A stretch of DNA of 62,892 nt, counting the filler, from Parasitella parasitica NRRL 2501 (taxonomy: Eukaryota > Fungi > Mucoromycota): the NCBI GenBank assembly GCA_025201805.1. It is 13 parts of 12 records of this genome, joined end to end, with 100 filler letters (N's around TTAATTAATTAA, not from the genome) between each part and the next. Parts side by side here need not be neighbours in the genome. Positions count along the whole stretch, not along the records: positions 37,894 to 40,293 come from MU619261.1; positions 40,394 to 47,376 come from MU619257.1; positions 47,477 to 52,423 come from MU619486.1; positions 52,524 to 54,379 come from MU619506.1; 9 more parts are not named here. One strand, 5' to 3'. Made by a program: the position numbers and the translations under genes. Below, piece after piece: positions 40,172-52,616 of this stretch (its first letter is position 1; every line of letters begins with the position of its first letter). Under the pieces are notes generated by a model that did no database searches, had not been told where the DNA came from, and worked only from the letters and a program-made list of their open reading frames with translations.

Positions 40172-40527
40172 CACTATGGCCTCGCCGATGTTTTCATGAG
40201 AATATTGATGTGCATGAACGGGAACATTTTTTAGATCCAAAAAAAGTGCTTATCGAGCTAGGTTTGTTTAGGATACAGATCAAATCTTAGCGGNNNNNNN
40301 NNNNNNNNNNNNNNNNNNNNNNNNNNNNNNNNNNNNNTTAATTAATTAANNNNNNNNNNNNNNNNNNNNNNNNNNNNNNNNNNNNNNNNNNNNTGTTTCA
40401 ATTTTTGTTCTCGCATGAGCACATTTATCGCCTTAACCTAGCTCGATAAGCACTTTTTTTGGCTCTAAAGAATGTTCCCGTTCATGCACATCACTATTCT
40501 CATAAGAACATCGGCGAGGCCATAGTG
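40172..40527. mobile_element. Two inward-facing CACTA family-2 termini (CACTATGGCCTCGCC...) flanking an assembly gap
   Basis: CACTATGGCC at 40172 and GGCCATAGTG ending at 40527, with ~90 bp of inverted similarity. A third copy ends at 52616. The flanks (TGC vs TAT) do not form a TSD. Confidence 0.8.
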
Positions 40528-40982
40528 TATATCAAGAATTCTGTATATTGATGGAACATTACGAGAAAATTTGTCATTTTGAAGACAAATGCATCCGGGC
40601 TCTTTTCCCACATCATACTCTTCAACTTTGCAATCATTGCCCTGTGAACTTGTTGATTCTGAGCCGTGCTACCCAGCTTAACGGTGTCTCGTATCTTTGT
40701 CATCCAAGCTCTTGCGACGTGAAACAAGCACCATTGGACACTAACTCCAGGAAATACTTCGTTAATGGCACCATGCTCAGTAGCACTGACATCTATTGTA
40801 ATTTTTTATAAGTTTGGCACGGCAATTTGCTCTTTTACAAAACGTAAAAAGGCTGCTACTGGTTGCATAGAGTGATCAGTTGTGTACATATACGCAACAG
40901 GACATCCTGTACCCGTATACGGATGCTTAATCACAATCCTATACAAGATACCTTGGCTAATACTTGTAACGCAGTGGGTTGC

Positions 40983-41443
40983 TGTCATGAACCTGTCGAG
41001 CCTTCAAGCCCAAACAATTATACATCTTGATCTAAAAATATATATCACCTCGTTCTTCCCTAATCAATCCACATTGCATTCTTGCCTCTCTGATTCACAC
41101 TGTCATTCTTGCCTTACCCATCCACATTATACTATTGACTTATTGATCCACGATATCCTATTTACCTAATTGATTCACGTTATAGCAAATATTCTAGTTC
41201 ACATTTCAGTGAACTAGACAGCTCGCAAAAAAGTATAAATAGAGGCCATTTTGACCAGCAAAGAAGAGTTTTCTTCGTCAGATCTCCTCATCGAATTCCC
41301 TTATTAAATATCCCTAGCAATTTTCTTATCTTTCTCTACCTTTCTCTTATTAAATCATAGCCTCCTTATTTGAAATAAACTTCTGCATATCTTCTCTTAG
41401 TACTCTGTCCCTGATTATCTAATAAGGCCCTAGATCCCTGATA
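40983..41443 (+). mobile_element. Solo LTR (TGTCA...TGATA, 461 bp)
   Basis: TSD GTTGC at 40978-40982 and 41444-41448. Contains TATAAATA and AATAAA, and splits the MULE DATH motif. Confidence 0.85.
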
Positions 41444-42011
41444 GTTGCATCTAAGCAAATTGATATTGATGTGGACAATGATGCTTTTTGCCATGAAGAT
41501 GCAAAGCCAAAGGTGTAATTAAAATTGAAATCAGTGGCCAGAAAGGTAACATATCCTTTTTGCGAAGATAATTCTTGTAGCCAAAGTTTTACAGACTCTT
41601 TCTGGTCTCTTGCTTTCAAATAAAATTTTTCTTGGATTTTTTTGTAGATGTTGTAAATCTCATCTGCATGAACCATTTGATCTCGATGAATCAGGGAAGA
41701 AGTCAAATTATCAAGGCCAGCCAGCACTTGATTCTCTGTAATAAACTTGTTACAATTCGTCTGGATGGCGATTCTTGTTTGCCTTTTGCTGAAGCCCTCC
41801 TTTAATCGTTGCTCGATTAGTTCTCTTGCTTCTTTCGATAATGGCAAATGTTGTAAATCATTCAACCCTCCAACATCGTGATTATGTTCTCCAGTATAAA
41901 TGAAGGTTGCATAACCAGGATTGTTCTTGTAACAGATTACTTTGAGTTTAGCACTACAATTAATCTTTTTGCTTGGCTTTTGGAGATCACGAACAACACC
42001 TGATGCACCCC

Positions 42012-42858
42012 TGATCTGCCATAATGTAGGTTAGGAGATCATGATAGTGTACTTCAATTAAAGATTGGAGATTGTCCAATGATGTGTTTGATCTGCCATA
42101 ATTATAGACAGAAGATCATGACAATGTACTTCAATTGAAGATTGAAGATTGTCCAATGATGTGATGTGATACGCTTGTGTAAATTGGAGAATAAAGTCTC
42201 TGTTTCAAATCAAGAAGGTTATTCCTGTAAGTAACACAGATCTGAGCACCAGGATAAAGGTTAAGGCTCTGTCAGATCAAAGACGTGTAGCCCTTGCTAT
42301 ATAACCTCATATCGTACCCTGTCAAGTAGATTGTCACTGTGAATTAGTCTTGTCAATTAGTAATCTAAATAAGTCACCATAAATTTATGTAGTTGTAAAA
42401 AGTATAAATAGCAGATGCAATTCCGATCTTAAATAAAGTATCTTTAGTTTTCGTATCTCGTTAACCTTTGGTTTTTTTATTATCTTTTTGATCCAACAGT
42501 GTTGTTATACTGGTCGAAACAGGAGAATAAAGTCTTTGTTTCAAATCAGGAAGGTTATCTGTAACACAGATCTGTATGATTGACAAACAATAAGGTACTG
42601 TCAGATCAAAGATCAATAACCTTGTAGTATAATAATATATCGTACCCTGTTAAGGATATGATGTTGCTTGCAAATTATTCTTATCGATTACTATCGACTA
42701 GTATTTTAAATAAGTCACCAAAAATTTATGTTGTTGTAAAAAGTATAAATAGCAGATGCAAAGTTGAATCTTTAATAAAGTAATCTCAAGTTTTCGTATC
42801 TCGTTAATTCAACGTTTTATATTATACTTTTCTTATTTCGATCTTGCAGATCTCAACA
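42012..42858 (+). mobile_element. Solo LTR 'A' (TGATCTGCC...CAACA) containing a nested related LTR
   Basis: TSD ACCCC at 42007-42011 and 42859-42863. Removal restores ITKGGASGVVRDL. Confidence 0.85.
42089..42498 (+). mobile_element. Solo LTR 'B' nested in LTR A
   Basis: TSD GTGTT at 42084-42088 and 42499-42503. Near-identical copies at 45071-45478 and 51034-51448. Confidence 0.88.
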
Positions 42859-44149
42859 ACCCCCTTTGGTGATTGATCCTTCGGCCATCTTATTACGCTT
42901 TTCTCCAGCTCGATGGCATTCAAAGGTAGCATACCAGAAATAGAGACTAACTACCTTTCTTTTTTTGTCAGGTCTTTCGTCATTGGCAATTACAGTTTCT
43001 CTAGCCTTGATATTTTTTTTAATCCATTTCACGCCGTACAGTGAAACATTATTTTCCAATGTCGTCTCCCATTCTGATTCAGGAACGGTAAGCTCAGAAG
43101 GAATAGGGCGATATTGATGTGAAGTCATTTGTAAATTAATAAAGTAAATAAAAGGTATCAAATCTTTGGTAAACTTAAACAATGAAGCACCAGCTTTAAT
43201 GTTTATTATTAAATTTCTTTTTCAAGTATAATAGATCTTTTTTTTTTTACAATTTTTTTTTGGAAGTAGTCTAAACCAGTTGAAAATGGTCAATATTGAC
43301 TTAGAAACAAAATTTGCCGGCGAAGGAGTGCTGGTTGGTGGGGACGCGGAAATCCTGCCCCCTAAGGCAACGAACTTTGATGGCATTGCCACCAAAGTTT
43401 AAAGATGTCATCAATTATTTATTCTAAACGCAGCTTATTTTAGGAGGAAATAAGGCTGTGCGGTATTCTATGGATACAACAGATCTGTGACATTTTGTTT
43501 CCTGTTTGAATTTTCACTTGTTGACATGGCTAAAAATGTATGGTAACTTTTATTTGAAAAATTATGTGTGATATACTGTAAAGTGTAAAGAAAAAGATGG
43601 ATACACCATCGGTTTTTGATTTATTATTTAAATCATAATTTTTTACGTATTCAACAAGGTGATCCAGAGTAATACAGCACTACAGTATATAAAGCAAACT
43701 GTGCTATACAAACTGAAACTTTTTTTTATTTCGTTTGATTTTAGCGTTGTCGAGTGGGACAGCCCGCTGCAGGCGCGAGCTGTGTACCCCCCAATAAGAA
43801 CGAAGGTCGAGAAATATCACCGTAGTTCGGGGGTGTATAAAAGCTCGATATTATTATAAAACAAAAAAAGAAGACTACTATTAAAACAGTTGTTGTCTCA
43901 CTAATCATGGCACCATTACCGTGCAGAAAAAGAAAAAGAAAAAGAGTTGGGTCTCTAAAAATAAAAATAAAACGATAAAGCCATTAATTTATTTTTTCTT
44001 TTGCAATATGATAGTTCAATGTACATTTATAAATTGGAAAAAATATATATATATGCATATAAATGTATTGTAAGACGAACAACAAACTCCCATCGTAAAC
44101 TATTCATTTGTTTGTGATTTTATAGGACAAGGTTGTGATGATGGTGGGT

Positions 44150-46070
44150 AAGTTGGGGGGGAAGGAAAGAAATTGACATCGTTGATTCCAATTACTCCAT
44201 AATTGATCGAACCAATGGACCGGAAGGTCGATCCACATTCACGCGTTCTTCAAGTAATTTGCTCTCAACTTCCTGAGAATGTAAAAGTTCAATCTATAAA
44301 TATATAAATATAATACTTGTTAGTATAATGAAATAACCCAATGCAGCAAACATTATCAAGAACCCCCAATTACCACCTGTTTGCCTTACATAAAGTGTTC
44401 CCAATAATTCCAAATATTCTAGTATTGATAATCGATCATCCCATGTTCTTGGTATTTGTGCTGAACGCAATTCAATGTTTTTCCAACGGTTTTTATCATG
44501 AATCATCGTCTTGCTCAAGGTCACTTGCGTTTTAATAATTTGGACCCCATAAGCACCGAGTTTCTTAAACGTTTCCAAGGATGCGTTTTCATAATGACAA
44601 GCCTCCTCCCTCAAAGCAGCAACATTGCACTCAAGGATCTTCACTGAATCCTCAAGACTGTGTGTTGTGTGTTCTTCAACCATACCACTAAAGATATTCG
44701 TAAAAAAACAATTAATTATCAGATTGTTATATTCAAGTGTAATCAATAATAGTATAGTTATGTTTTAATCCAATACCTTGATGATTCTACAACTACCATC
44801 TCCATATTATTGTGCGTCTTTAAAACACCCAAAGCATCGATATATTTTGCAGGTAGAATAGAACGACCATCATAATTGCCATCCTTTAAATATAATGTTT
44901 TGGTAGTCTTGTACTTTGCCTCGCACCTTTCATAATAGTAAAAATAATAAAATAATAATATTGTCAGCCCTCGTCCCATTTACATTGCCCTGTTTCAATG
45001 AACAACTTCTGTTACACTTACCACTTATATTCAATAAACTTGATTATTTTTGACAGAGCTAAAAGACCAGTGTTGGATCAAAAAGATAATAAAAAAATCA
45101 AAGGTTAACGAGATACGAAAACTAAAGATACTTTATTTAAGATCGAAATTGCATCTGCTATTTATACTTTTTACAGCTACATAAATTTATGGTGACTTAT
45201 TTAGATTACTAATTGACAAGACTAATTCACAGTGACAATCTACTTGACAGGGTACGATATGTGGTTACACAGCAAGGGCTACATGTCTTTGATCTGTCAG
45301 AGCCTTAACCTTTATCCTGGTGCTCAGATGTGTTACTTACAGGAATAACCTTCTTGATTTGAAACAGAGACTTTATTCTCCAATTTACACAAGCGTATCA
45401 CATCACATCATTGGACAATCTTCAATCTTCAATTGAAGTACATTGCCATGATCTTCTGTCTATAATTATGGCAGATCAGCCAGGTAATACGGATTCACAA
45501 AAGAAAGATCTTTCATGATTCATCACATCCATTGGTGGAGTTCGTTGCACAAGATGAAATGTTGATAAGATGTGTTTGCAAATAATTAAGAAGTTTTTTC
45601 TTCGATCATCAATTTCAGTATCTCCTTTCCAATTCCAGACTTGATTGAGGAAGTCATCATACGGAACCTTCCTAAGTAAATGAATCAAATTGTCCAGTAC
45701 TCCAAGAGAACAAAGCGAGGAACTATTACTTTGTTGTTCCTTGTTGTTGTTGAATGCAATCTCGCAAAAAGGGTCACTTACACAATATTTTGTGCCAAAG
45801 ACGAATATTTGATGCGATGTTTCAAGTTCGCCTTTGCGAATTTTTGGCATGTGTGGCCGCTCAGTTGATGTGCAAGGTGGATCAAACATGTATCTATTAG
45901 ATCCCTGATTAACAGATATAGAGGCCTATTACACCATCCAAATGATTAGTACTGTTACATTTTGAATAGCAAAAAAAAAAATACGATAAAGAATAATATT
46001 ACCAATGGAGTAGTAGACGTGATAGGAGTAAAAGTGGCGTTGTTGGAAACATCAGTGAATGGTAATGGTC
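44150..46070 (-). pseudogene. Intron-containing gene of a probable multicopy Mucorales family with a possible PD-(D/E)XK-like domain, disrupted by a solo LTR
   Basis: HERSFFCESVLPG|LLALSK...KWCEAK...YIDALGVL...EMVVVESS...HSLEDSVKILEC. Boundaries are approximate. Confidence 0.5.
45071..45478 (-). mobile_element. Solo LTR 'B' copy
   Basis: Reverse complement of 42089-42498. Flanks ACCAG/GCCAG (4/5 TSD). Confidence 0.88.
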
Positions 46071-46352
46071 TCTGTTAAGGAGGAATAAAAATAAGATGTC
46101 CAAAGTGGTGTTAGCGAGTAAATATTTCCAAAATACCATCCTATCCTCCTCCAAAAATACACCAATACATTACCTTATTATTCACAACAACATTAAGCTC
46201 ACCGTGATTTGTAATACCGTGGATACGAATAAGTCACGGTCATTTTTATTTTTTTAACCTCAGTTTTTTTACCATTATTTCAAAGTATTTCTTTGATCAA
46301 GTAAACATGTTAAACAAAGGTTCTTGGATTCGCTTGGAAATTGGAAATTAAG

Positions 46353-46859
46353 TGATGTATACGCACTGCTACATCTGCACTATATCAACTCCTACAAGTA
46401 CTACGCTTGCTGATTTACTGCAAATATATTATATGATTGTATCAGATACGTATCCGTATAATATCTCAACGGTCACTGGATATCGCAATGTCTCGGCTGC
46501 CATGACATCAACAAGATATGCGGACTTGCTCTCTAATGTCAAGGTGCGAACAAACTATTTGATATGTTACATCAGCTCATATTCTTGGATCAATCTCAAC
46601 AATGAAACATATCAAACCAATTGACAATGATAACACGGTGTATTTTCTATTCGTTCACCAACAGTGACAACATACTATCACATTAATCTATTGGTTATTA
46701 CAGCTACCATCTCAGTTGTAGTAAATAATTGAAGATATAAATACCCTGTATTTATATCATAATAAACGCTATACTTCTTTTATTGTTCGGATACAGTTGA
46801 AAGCTGTGAATTATTACAAGTCTCTTTTTATTGTATTGAAATATCTGAAATATACATCA
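46353..46859 (+). mobile_element. Solo LTR (507 bp) with 9-bp terminal inverted repeat TGATGTATA...TATACATCA
   Basis: Perfect TSD TTAAG at 46348-46352 and 46860-46864. TATAAATA and AATAAA inside. Confidence 0.88.
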
Positions 46860-46919
46860 TTAAGAAGATTGACATATTTATTTCAAGAGTATAAAAAAAG
46901 AAAGGAACATTAATATCGG

Positions 46920-47301
46920 GTATTACCGCCATTGGCTTCGATAACTGCCATACAGCGGGACTTCATGCTGTTCACTAAATTTTCTAGAAATGATGGAGGT
47001 ATTGAATACCATTCCTAACGCAATGCTGCTTCTAATTCATCTACATTCTTGATTTGACGTCTTCGGCTTTCAATACGCTTCTCAATATATGCCCAAACAT
47101 GTTCAATTGGATTTAAGTCAGGATTTTGGGCGGGCCAAAAGTCGAACCCCTCAACACCACATCTCTTCTTGTACCAGTTTGCATATTTGCCAGTATGGCA
47201 CGAAGCACCGTCCTCTTGAAAGATAAACGCCTTTTTTTCCTTGGTTGTCAATTCCTCAAGATACGGGAGAAAGTGGGCAGACAAACAGTTGATGTAAGCA
47301 T
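46920..47301 (-). pseudogene. Tc1/mariner DD34E transposase C-terminal fragment
   Basis: FQEDGASCH...WPAQNPDLNPIEHVW. Interrupted at 47302 by an LTR-A-type start. Confidence 0.9.
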
Positions 47302-47376
47302 TGATCTGCCATAATGTAGGTTAGGAGATCATGGCAATGTACTTCAATTGAAGATTGAAGATTGTCCAATGATGTG
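47302..47376 (+). repeat. Start of an LTR 'A'-family copy, truncated by gap
   Basis: TGATCTGCCATAATGTAGGTTAGGAGATC, as at 42012. Confidence 0.85.
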
Positions 47377-47476
47377 NNNNNNNNNNNNNNNNNNNNNNNN
47401 NNNNNNNNNNNNNNNNNNNNTTAATTAATTAANNNNNNNNNNNNNNNNNNNNNNNNNNNNNNNNNNNNNNNNNNNN

Positions 47477-47872
47477 AATAAGAATTATGTTTCAAATGCC
47501 GTCCTTGATCCATCGTTAGATCAACAACGTCAATAAACAACTCAATACTATTCACACTCACGTAAGATTAGAATAGCTACGATAGAATTATCCTATTGAC
47601 CTGATGAATGACCATCTCTAATCAACCCAACAAGTAGTATGATAGTTTACTACTAAGCCAGAACGGCTGATTAGAATTCATAACACAACATATAAAGAAT
47701 AATGGAACGGTTAAGAAATAACGAAACAATTGTCTGCTAGTAAGACGACACTCAAATAATATAAATAGAGATGTAATATAACAGCTTATTGCAGATTCAA
47801 TCTACTTTCAAAATAAAGAAGGATTTTAATCGTATCTTGCTTTTTTACACTTTTTTACTGCGTTTCGCTGCA
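47477..47872 (+). repeat. LTR (3' or solo) of the 58115-60226 gypsy family
   Basis: 47596-47872 is near-identical to 58115-58392. Both end ...TTTCGCTGCA, after which the flanks diverge. Confidence 0.9.
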
Positions 47873-50800
47873 GTATAGTCTCTCAGCGATAGAATAGCAA
47901 ATAATTACTGTATATATGACAGAATTTTAAACGTAAGAAAGTTCGATTTATTTCAAGTATGAAGCATAATTCCATATATATTTCTAAGATGAGACGTTCT
48001 CAGTATTCAACTTCAGATTCAGGAACATGATTTCCATAGGTTCAAACTTAGATCACGTGCAAATGATTAACCAGCACTAGAAAACCATTTACACTCGTAA
48101 CATGCCTCCCTCCTTAAGGTGCTGATAATCATTTCGGGCGTCTAGCTTCTTTTCTTTCCAACCAAGATGAAAATAATCCTTCCAATCTCTTAGTTTGCAC
48201 ATCGGGCACCATACTTCTTCTTGACTCAAACGGAATCAATTGATCACTGTTTACTGCACCCTCCAAGCGTCTTGAATTCGGTCCAGATAAATGATATGTG
48301 CCAGAGCCATTCGCACGCGTAACCGTCATTGGGCCAATCCACCGGTCTGCAAGCTTGTTTTAGGGTAATGGTCTTTCATTAAGACTTGTTCACCAACTTC
48401 ATAAATCTTCCTGTACTTGACGGTCTGATCATATCTAATTTTCATCTTCTTTTTACCTTCGTTCGAAAATTCCCTTACTTTTCTTCGGTATTCAGTAATT
48501 GCACCATCGATTTCTTCTATTCTTCTATCAATCTCTTGCTGGTATTCACCTTCAACATAGTCAATTCTTGGCGCGGACCAATTCCCTGGTGTTCTCAAAT
48601 CATAAGCAAGTAGTAATTTGCCTGGTGTAAAGCCTGTACCTTCACTTTTCATAGTCCTCAGGGCCGGCAATAGAGCAGGTAATTTCTTGTCCCAGTCCTT
48701 GACGTCTTTGCATTCATCTCGCACGATTTTCGATGGAGCCTGCACTAATGTGCCATTCATTTTCTCACATAATCCATTAGTTTGGGGTCGAAATGCTGAT
48801 GTAGTCAAATGCCTGCAATGTATTTGAGTAAGAAACGATTTTACATATCTTGACAAGTAATTGCTCCCGCGATCTGTAAGTATATATTGAGGTACTCGGT
48901 ATAATTGCACCACACAGTCAAACAAAAATGTTGCTGTCGTTTCTTGAGTAATGTCCTTTACAGCCATAGCCACGGGCCACCTTGTTAAATAATCAATCGC
49001 TACCAAAATGTACACTTGCAACCAGAATTAGACTCGACCATGGGATCCACAACATCACATCCAATCATGTAGAATGATCTTGCTGGCGTTGTTATAGGCT
49101 TGGCTGGTATTACTCTTCTTGCCGGCTTCTTCTTTCTAAATTGACATGTTTCGCAATGCTTTACTAAATCTTGAACGCAGATAAATAGCTTGGGTGCAAA
49201 ATGTTGCTGTTTTGCCTTATACCAAGTGTTGTTTACGCCAAAATGTCTTTCTTGATGTACTTGCGTCAAAACTTCCTTAATGTTTCCTTCATGCAATACC
49301 TCAATGGATTGCCATGCTGGTTATTTGGTCTTTTGTACAGCCTTTCTTGTATTACTTGATATTGTTTGCTCTTGTTTTCTAATTTCTAGTTAATTTTCTC
49401 TGTTGAATCTAAACGATACAGCTTTCTTTGAAGTAAATTGGTGATGTCAACGTATGTTGGATATTCCATTGTAGTTGATCTTGCTCTTGAGGATTCCGTG
49501 TACTTGTTTCTTATGCTTGCTTTAGTCTGTGATAAATGTTTATATGTATGTGTTAGTGTCGATTTCTGGTTAGTAAATATGTGTTGTAATGTTTGTCTAA
49601 ATAGTAAGTGTTTAAAATATAGATAAATAAAGTGAAGTAATCAATGTTTCAACCCAACCACCCTGCCTTTTGAATTTTTTTTGTTAATTTCTGTTCTTTT
49701 TTGTCTTTTTTTTTATATTTTTTTTTGTATTTTGTCACATCCCTCCCAACTAACCATAATGTGATAATAAATGCTTAAACCAAACGACTCAAACAATCTG
49801 CTAGATTCTCCTTGCCAGGCCTGTACTCGACGCGGTACTGATATCCCATAAGGCACGCCTTCCAACTTTGCAATTTTGGTGATGGCTTGTCGCTTTCAAA
49901 GATAAATACCAAGGCAGCATGATCGGTTCGTATTACAAACTCCTCCTTGCTTGACAAATAATGACGATACTTGTTTACAGCCCACACCATTGCCATTACC
50001 TCCAAATGGTTGATTGGATAGTTCTTTTAAGTAGCATTCAAAGTCTTGGAACCATACGCGATCACTGTTTCACCATGAAGACCACCATCGGGAGATCGAC
50101 TTAATATACAAGACAAATCAAGCAAAGACGCATCACAGGTATTAATTTTGACATTAGTGCGGATAGGATACGCAAGTATCGGCGGTGAAATTAACGAGCT
50201 CTGTAGATAATTGAATGCATTTCGCTGTTCTGTACTCCATTCAAACTGAACTGTCTTCTTCAACAACTTTGTAATTGGCTCAGCCTTGCCTGCAAAATTC
50301 TCAATAAATCGTCTGTAATATCCCACGCAGCCTAGAAATGACCTGCACTCGTCCTTGTCTTTTGGCTCTCTCATATTCATCATCTTCTTGATATTGCTGT
50401 CCGTTGGACGTAAACCCTCCTTGCCGACCTCATGTCCTAGATATACCACCTTATCTCGACAAAATAGACACTTCGCTAGTTTCAATCTAAAGTTAGCCTT
50501 ATTGCACGCATCGAATATCAACTGTAGATGAACCGCACGTTCAGCCTCGTTTGCTTAATATACCACATAATCGTCCACAAAAGCATACACAAACACTCTC
50601 GTAGTATATCATTCATGCAGCGCTGATAAGTGCTAGGGCTTCCCTGTAATCCCATTGCCATGACCAAGAAAGAGAACACTCCCATTTTGCAGCAGAACCC
50701 ACTTTTGTCAATACTATTTGGATGCATTGGTATTTGCCAGAAACCGAACGCAGCATCTAATAATGTGTAACAATGATTTCCACCAATCGCATCCAGTATG

Positions 50801-51924
50801 TCGTCTATGTGAGGCAAAGGATAGCCATCCTTCACCGTGATCGCGTTCAATTTCTGGAAATTGACCACCAAACGCAACTTCCCATCTTTTTTTGGCGCGA
50901 AAAACGCTGGAGATGTATACTTTGCCGAACTAGGCTATCTAGTCCCAATAAAGTTTTTAGTTCTTCCTTCAAACATTTCTCTTCATCAACAGTTAAGCGA
51001 TATGGTTTGGATTGCACAGGAACATCAGATGTGTGTTGGGTTAAAAAAAGATAAAATAAAAACCAAAATTTAATAACGAGATACGAAAACTAAAGATACT
51101 TTATTTAAGATCGAAATTGTATCTGCTATTTATACTTTTTACAACTACATAAATTTATGGTGACTTATTTAGATTACTAATTGACAAGACTAATTCACAG
51201 TGACAATCTACTTGATAGGGTACGATATGAGGTTATACAGCAAGGGCTACACGTCTTTGATCTGACAGAGCCCAAACCTTTACCCTGGTGCTCAGATCTG
51301 TATTACTTACAGGAATAACCTTCTTGATTTGAAACAGAGACTTTATTCTCCAATTTACACAAGCGTATCACATCACATCATTGGACAATCTTCAATCTTC
51401 AATTGAAGTACATTGCCATGATCTTCTGTCTATAATTATGGCAGATCATTGTGGTTACTATTTCATGATAGACATTGTTCACCCTTCCGAGTCCACCATA
51501 TTCATAAAATGTGTTTATATTTTTCTTGACTACTTGCTGAACTACCTCAGGAACACCACTGAGCACCTCATCCAATGTAGATCTGTTCTTGTCATCTACA
51601 TCACTGTCCCCAACGGAAAAAATATCCTCATGATACGTATTCAGACCTTGGTGCCAGTGCGGTTGCTCACCACCGACGCTCAAAGACACATTATATAGAC
51701 AGGCACGGTTGACGCATTGTTCATTTTTTCTAGTTCTTCTTCGTCCTTGACACAAGCAACTTCTACGTAACTTCTTCCAGTACCAGTTGGTATCAATATA
51801 CTGTTTTCCTTCAAATCAATTTTAATTGAATGGTTAGTGAACCATGTGCGCCCAAGCAAACTCACATCCTTGTCTCTAATAGAATTGTCAATACAAAAGT
51901 GTTCACGCCTAAGCTTTCCACCGG
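47873..51924 (-). mobile_element. Degenerate Ty3/gypsy element: protease end, RT, RNase H, separate integrase, PPT, start of 3' LTR
   Basis: SLLGRTWF; RLVVNFQKLN, LDAAFGFWQ; CDAS; RTDHAAL, YRPGKENLADCLSR; HFG..CETCQ zinc finger, ILTDRGS, PQTNGLCE. PPT AAGGAGGGAGGCA is followed by TGTTACG at 48102. Confidence 0.92.
51034..51448 (-). mobile_element. Solo LTR 'B' copy inserted in gypsy pol
   Basis: Same family as 42089. Flanks ATGTG/TTGTG. Removal restores IVTTSDVPVQSKPYRL. Confidence 0.88.
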
Positions 51925-52423
51925 CACTACGGCCGAAGTAGTATTCCCATGGGTATAATAATATGCACAAGTGGGCATAATAAAAAAAATCGGGCACATT
52001 AAGCTGTTCAAATGTGCATAGCAAGATGATCAAGGTTTTTAACGTAATTTATCAAAGTAACTACATTGCAATATAAGCACAGCTTGTGATAGCTTAGGTG
52101 ATTTAAGGAATATACGAGTTGGTTTGGAGTCATGGCGACCTCTAATTGTCGAGATATATCAATTGTAATTTTATTAAATGGAAGTATTGTGCACATGTGC
52201 ATCTTAAGGTGGCCCAATGGTGACAGTGATAATAAGCCTCAGCTCATAAATTACAAAAAAATATCATACTGCGTATGTTCTATTTTTTTTTATTTACAAA
52301 AGGAAATAAGGTAAGCTATAAATTAACGATGTTGCCAGCATCTACTGACATATCAGCCTCAAATACATGAGATGGTGCTATGACCGAGAATTTGGTTCTG
52401 CTACCAATAAATTTCACCAAACC
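51925..52423 (-). mobile_element. CACTA family-1 terminus (copy of 738-1236) inserted in gypsy protease
   Basis: Begins CACTACGGCCGAAGTAGTATTCCCATGGG at 51925. Confidence 0.88.
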
Positions 52424-52523
52424 NNNNNNNNNNNNNNNNNNNNNNNNNNNNNNNNNNNNNNNNNNNNTTAATTAATTAANNNNNNNNNNNNNNNNNNNNN
52501 NNNNNNNNNNNNNNNNNNNNNNN

Positions 52524-52616
52524 AACCTAGCTCGATAAGCACTTTTTTTGGCTCTAAAAAATGTTCCCGTTCATGCACATCTATATTCTTATGAGAACAT
52601 TGGCGAGGCCATAGTG
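52524..52616. mobile_element. CACTA family-2 terminus
   Basis: Matches 40436-40527 and ends GGCCATAGTG. Confidence 0.85.

Larger units (their letters stand above)
40528..43847 (-). mobile_element. Mutator-like (MULE) element: transposase remnant 40528-~43130 interrupted by solo LTRs, TIR-like end at 43686-43847
   Basis: After removing the insertions: WRKY/FAR1-like FECHRAG...SKKINCSAKLKV...GEHNH and MULE DDE region CLDAT|HCVT...GTGCPVAYMYT...CLFHVARAW. Confidence 0.85.

Noticed and set aside
1791-43847. One giant 42-kb TIR element carrying the housekeeping genes
   Set aside because: The outer flanks show no TSD, several linkers intervene, and the helicase is duplicated. Two separate copies are more parsimonious.
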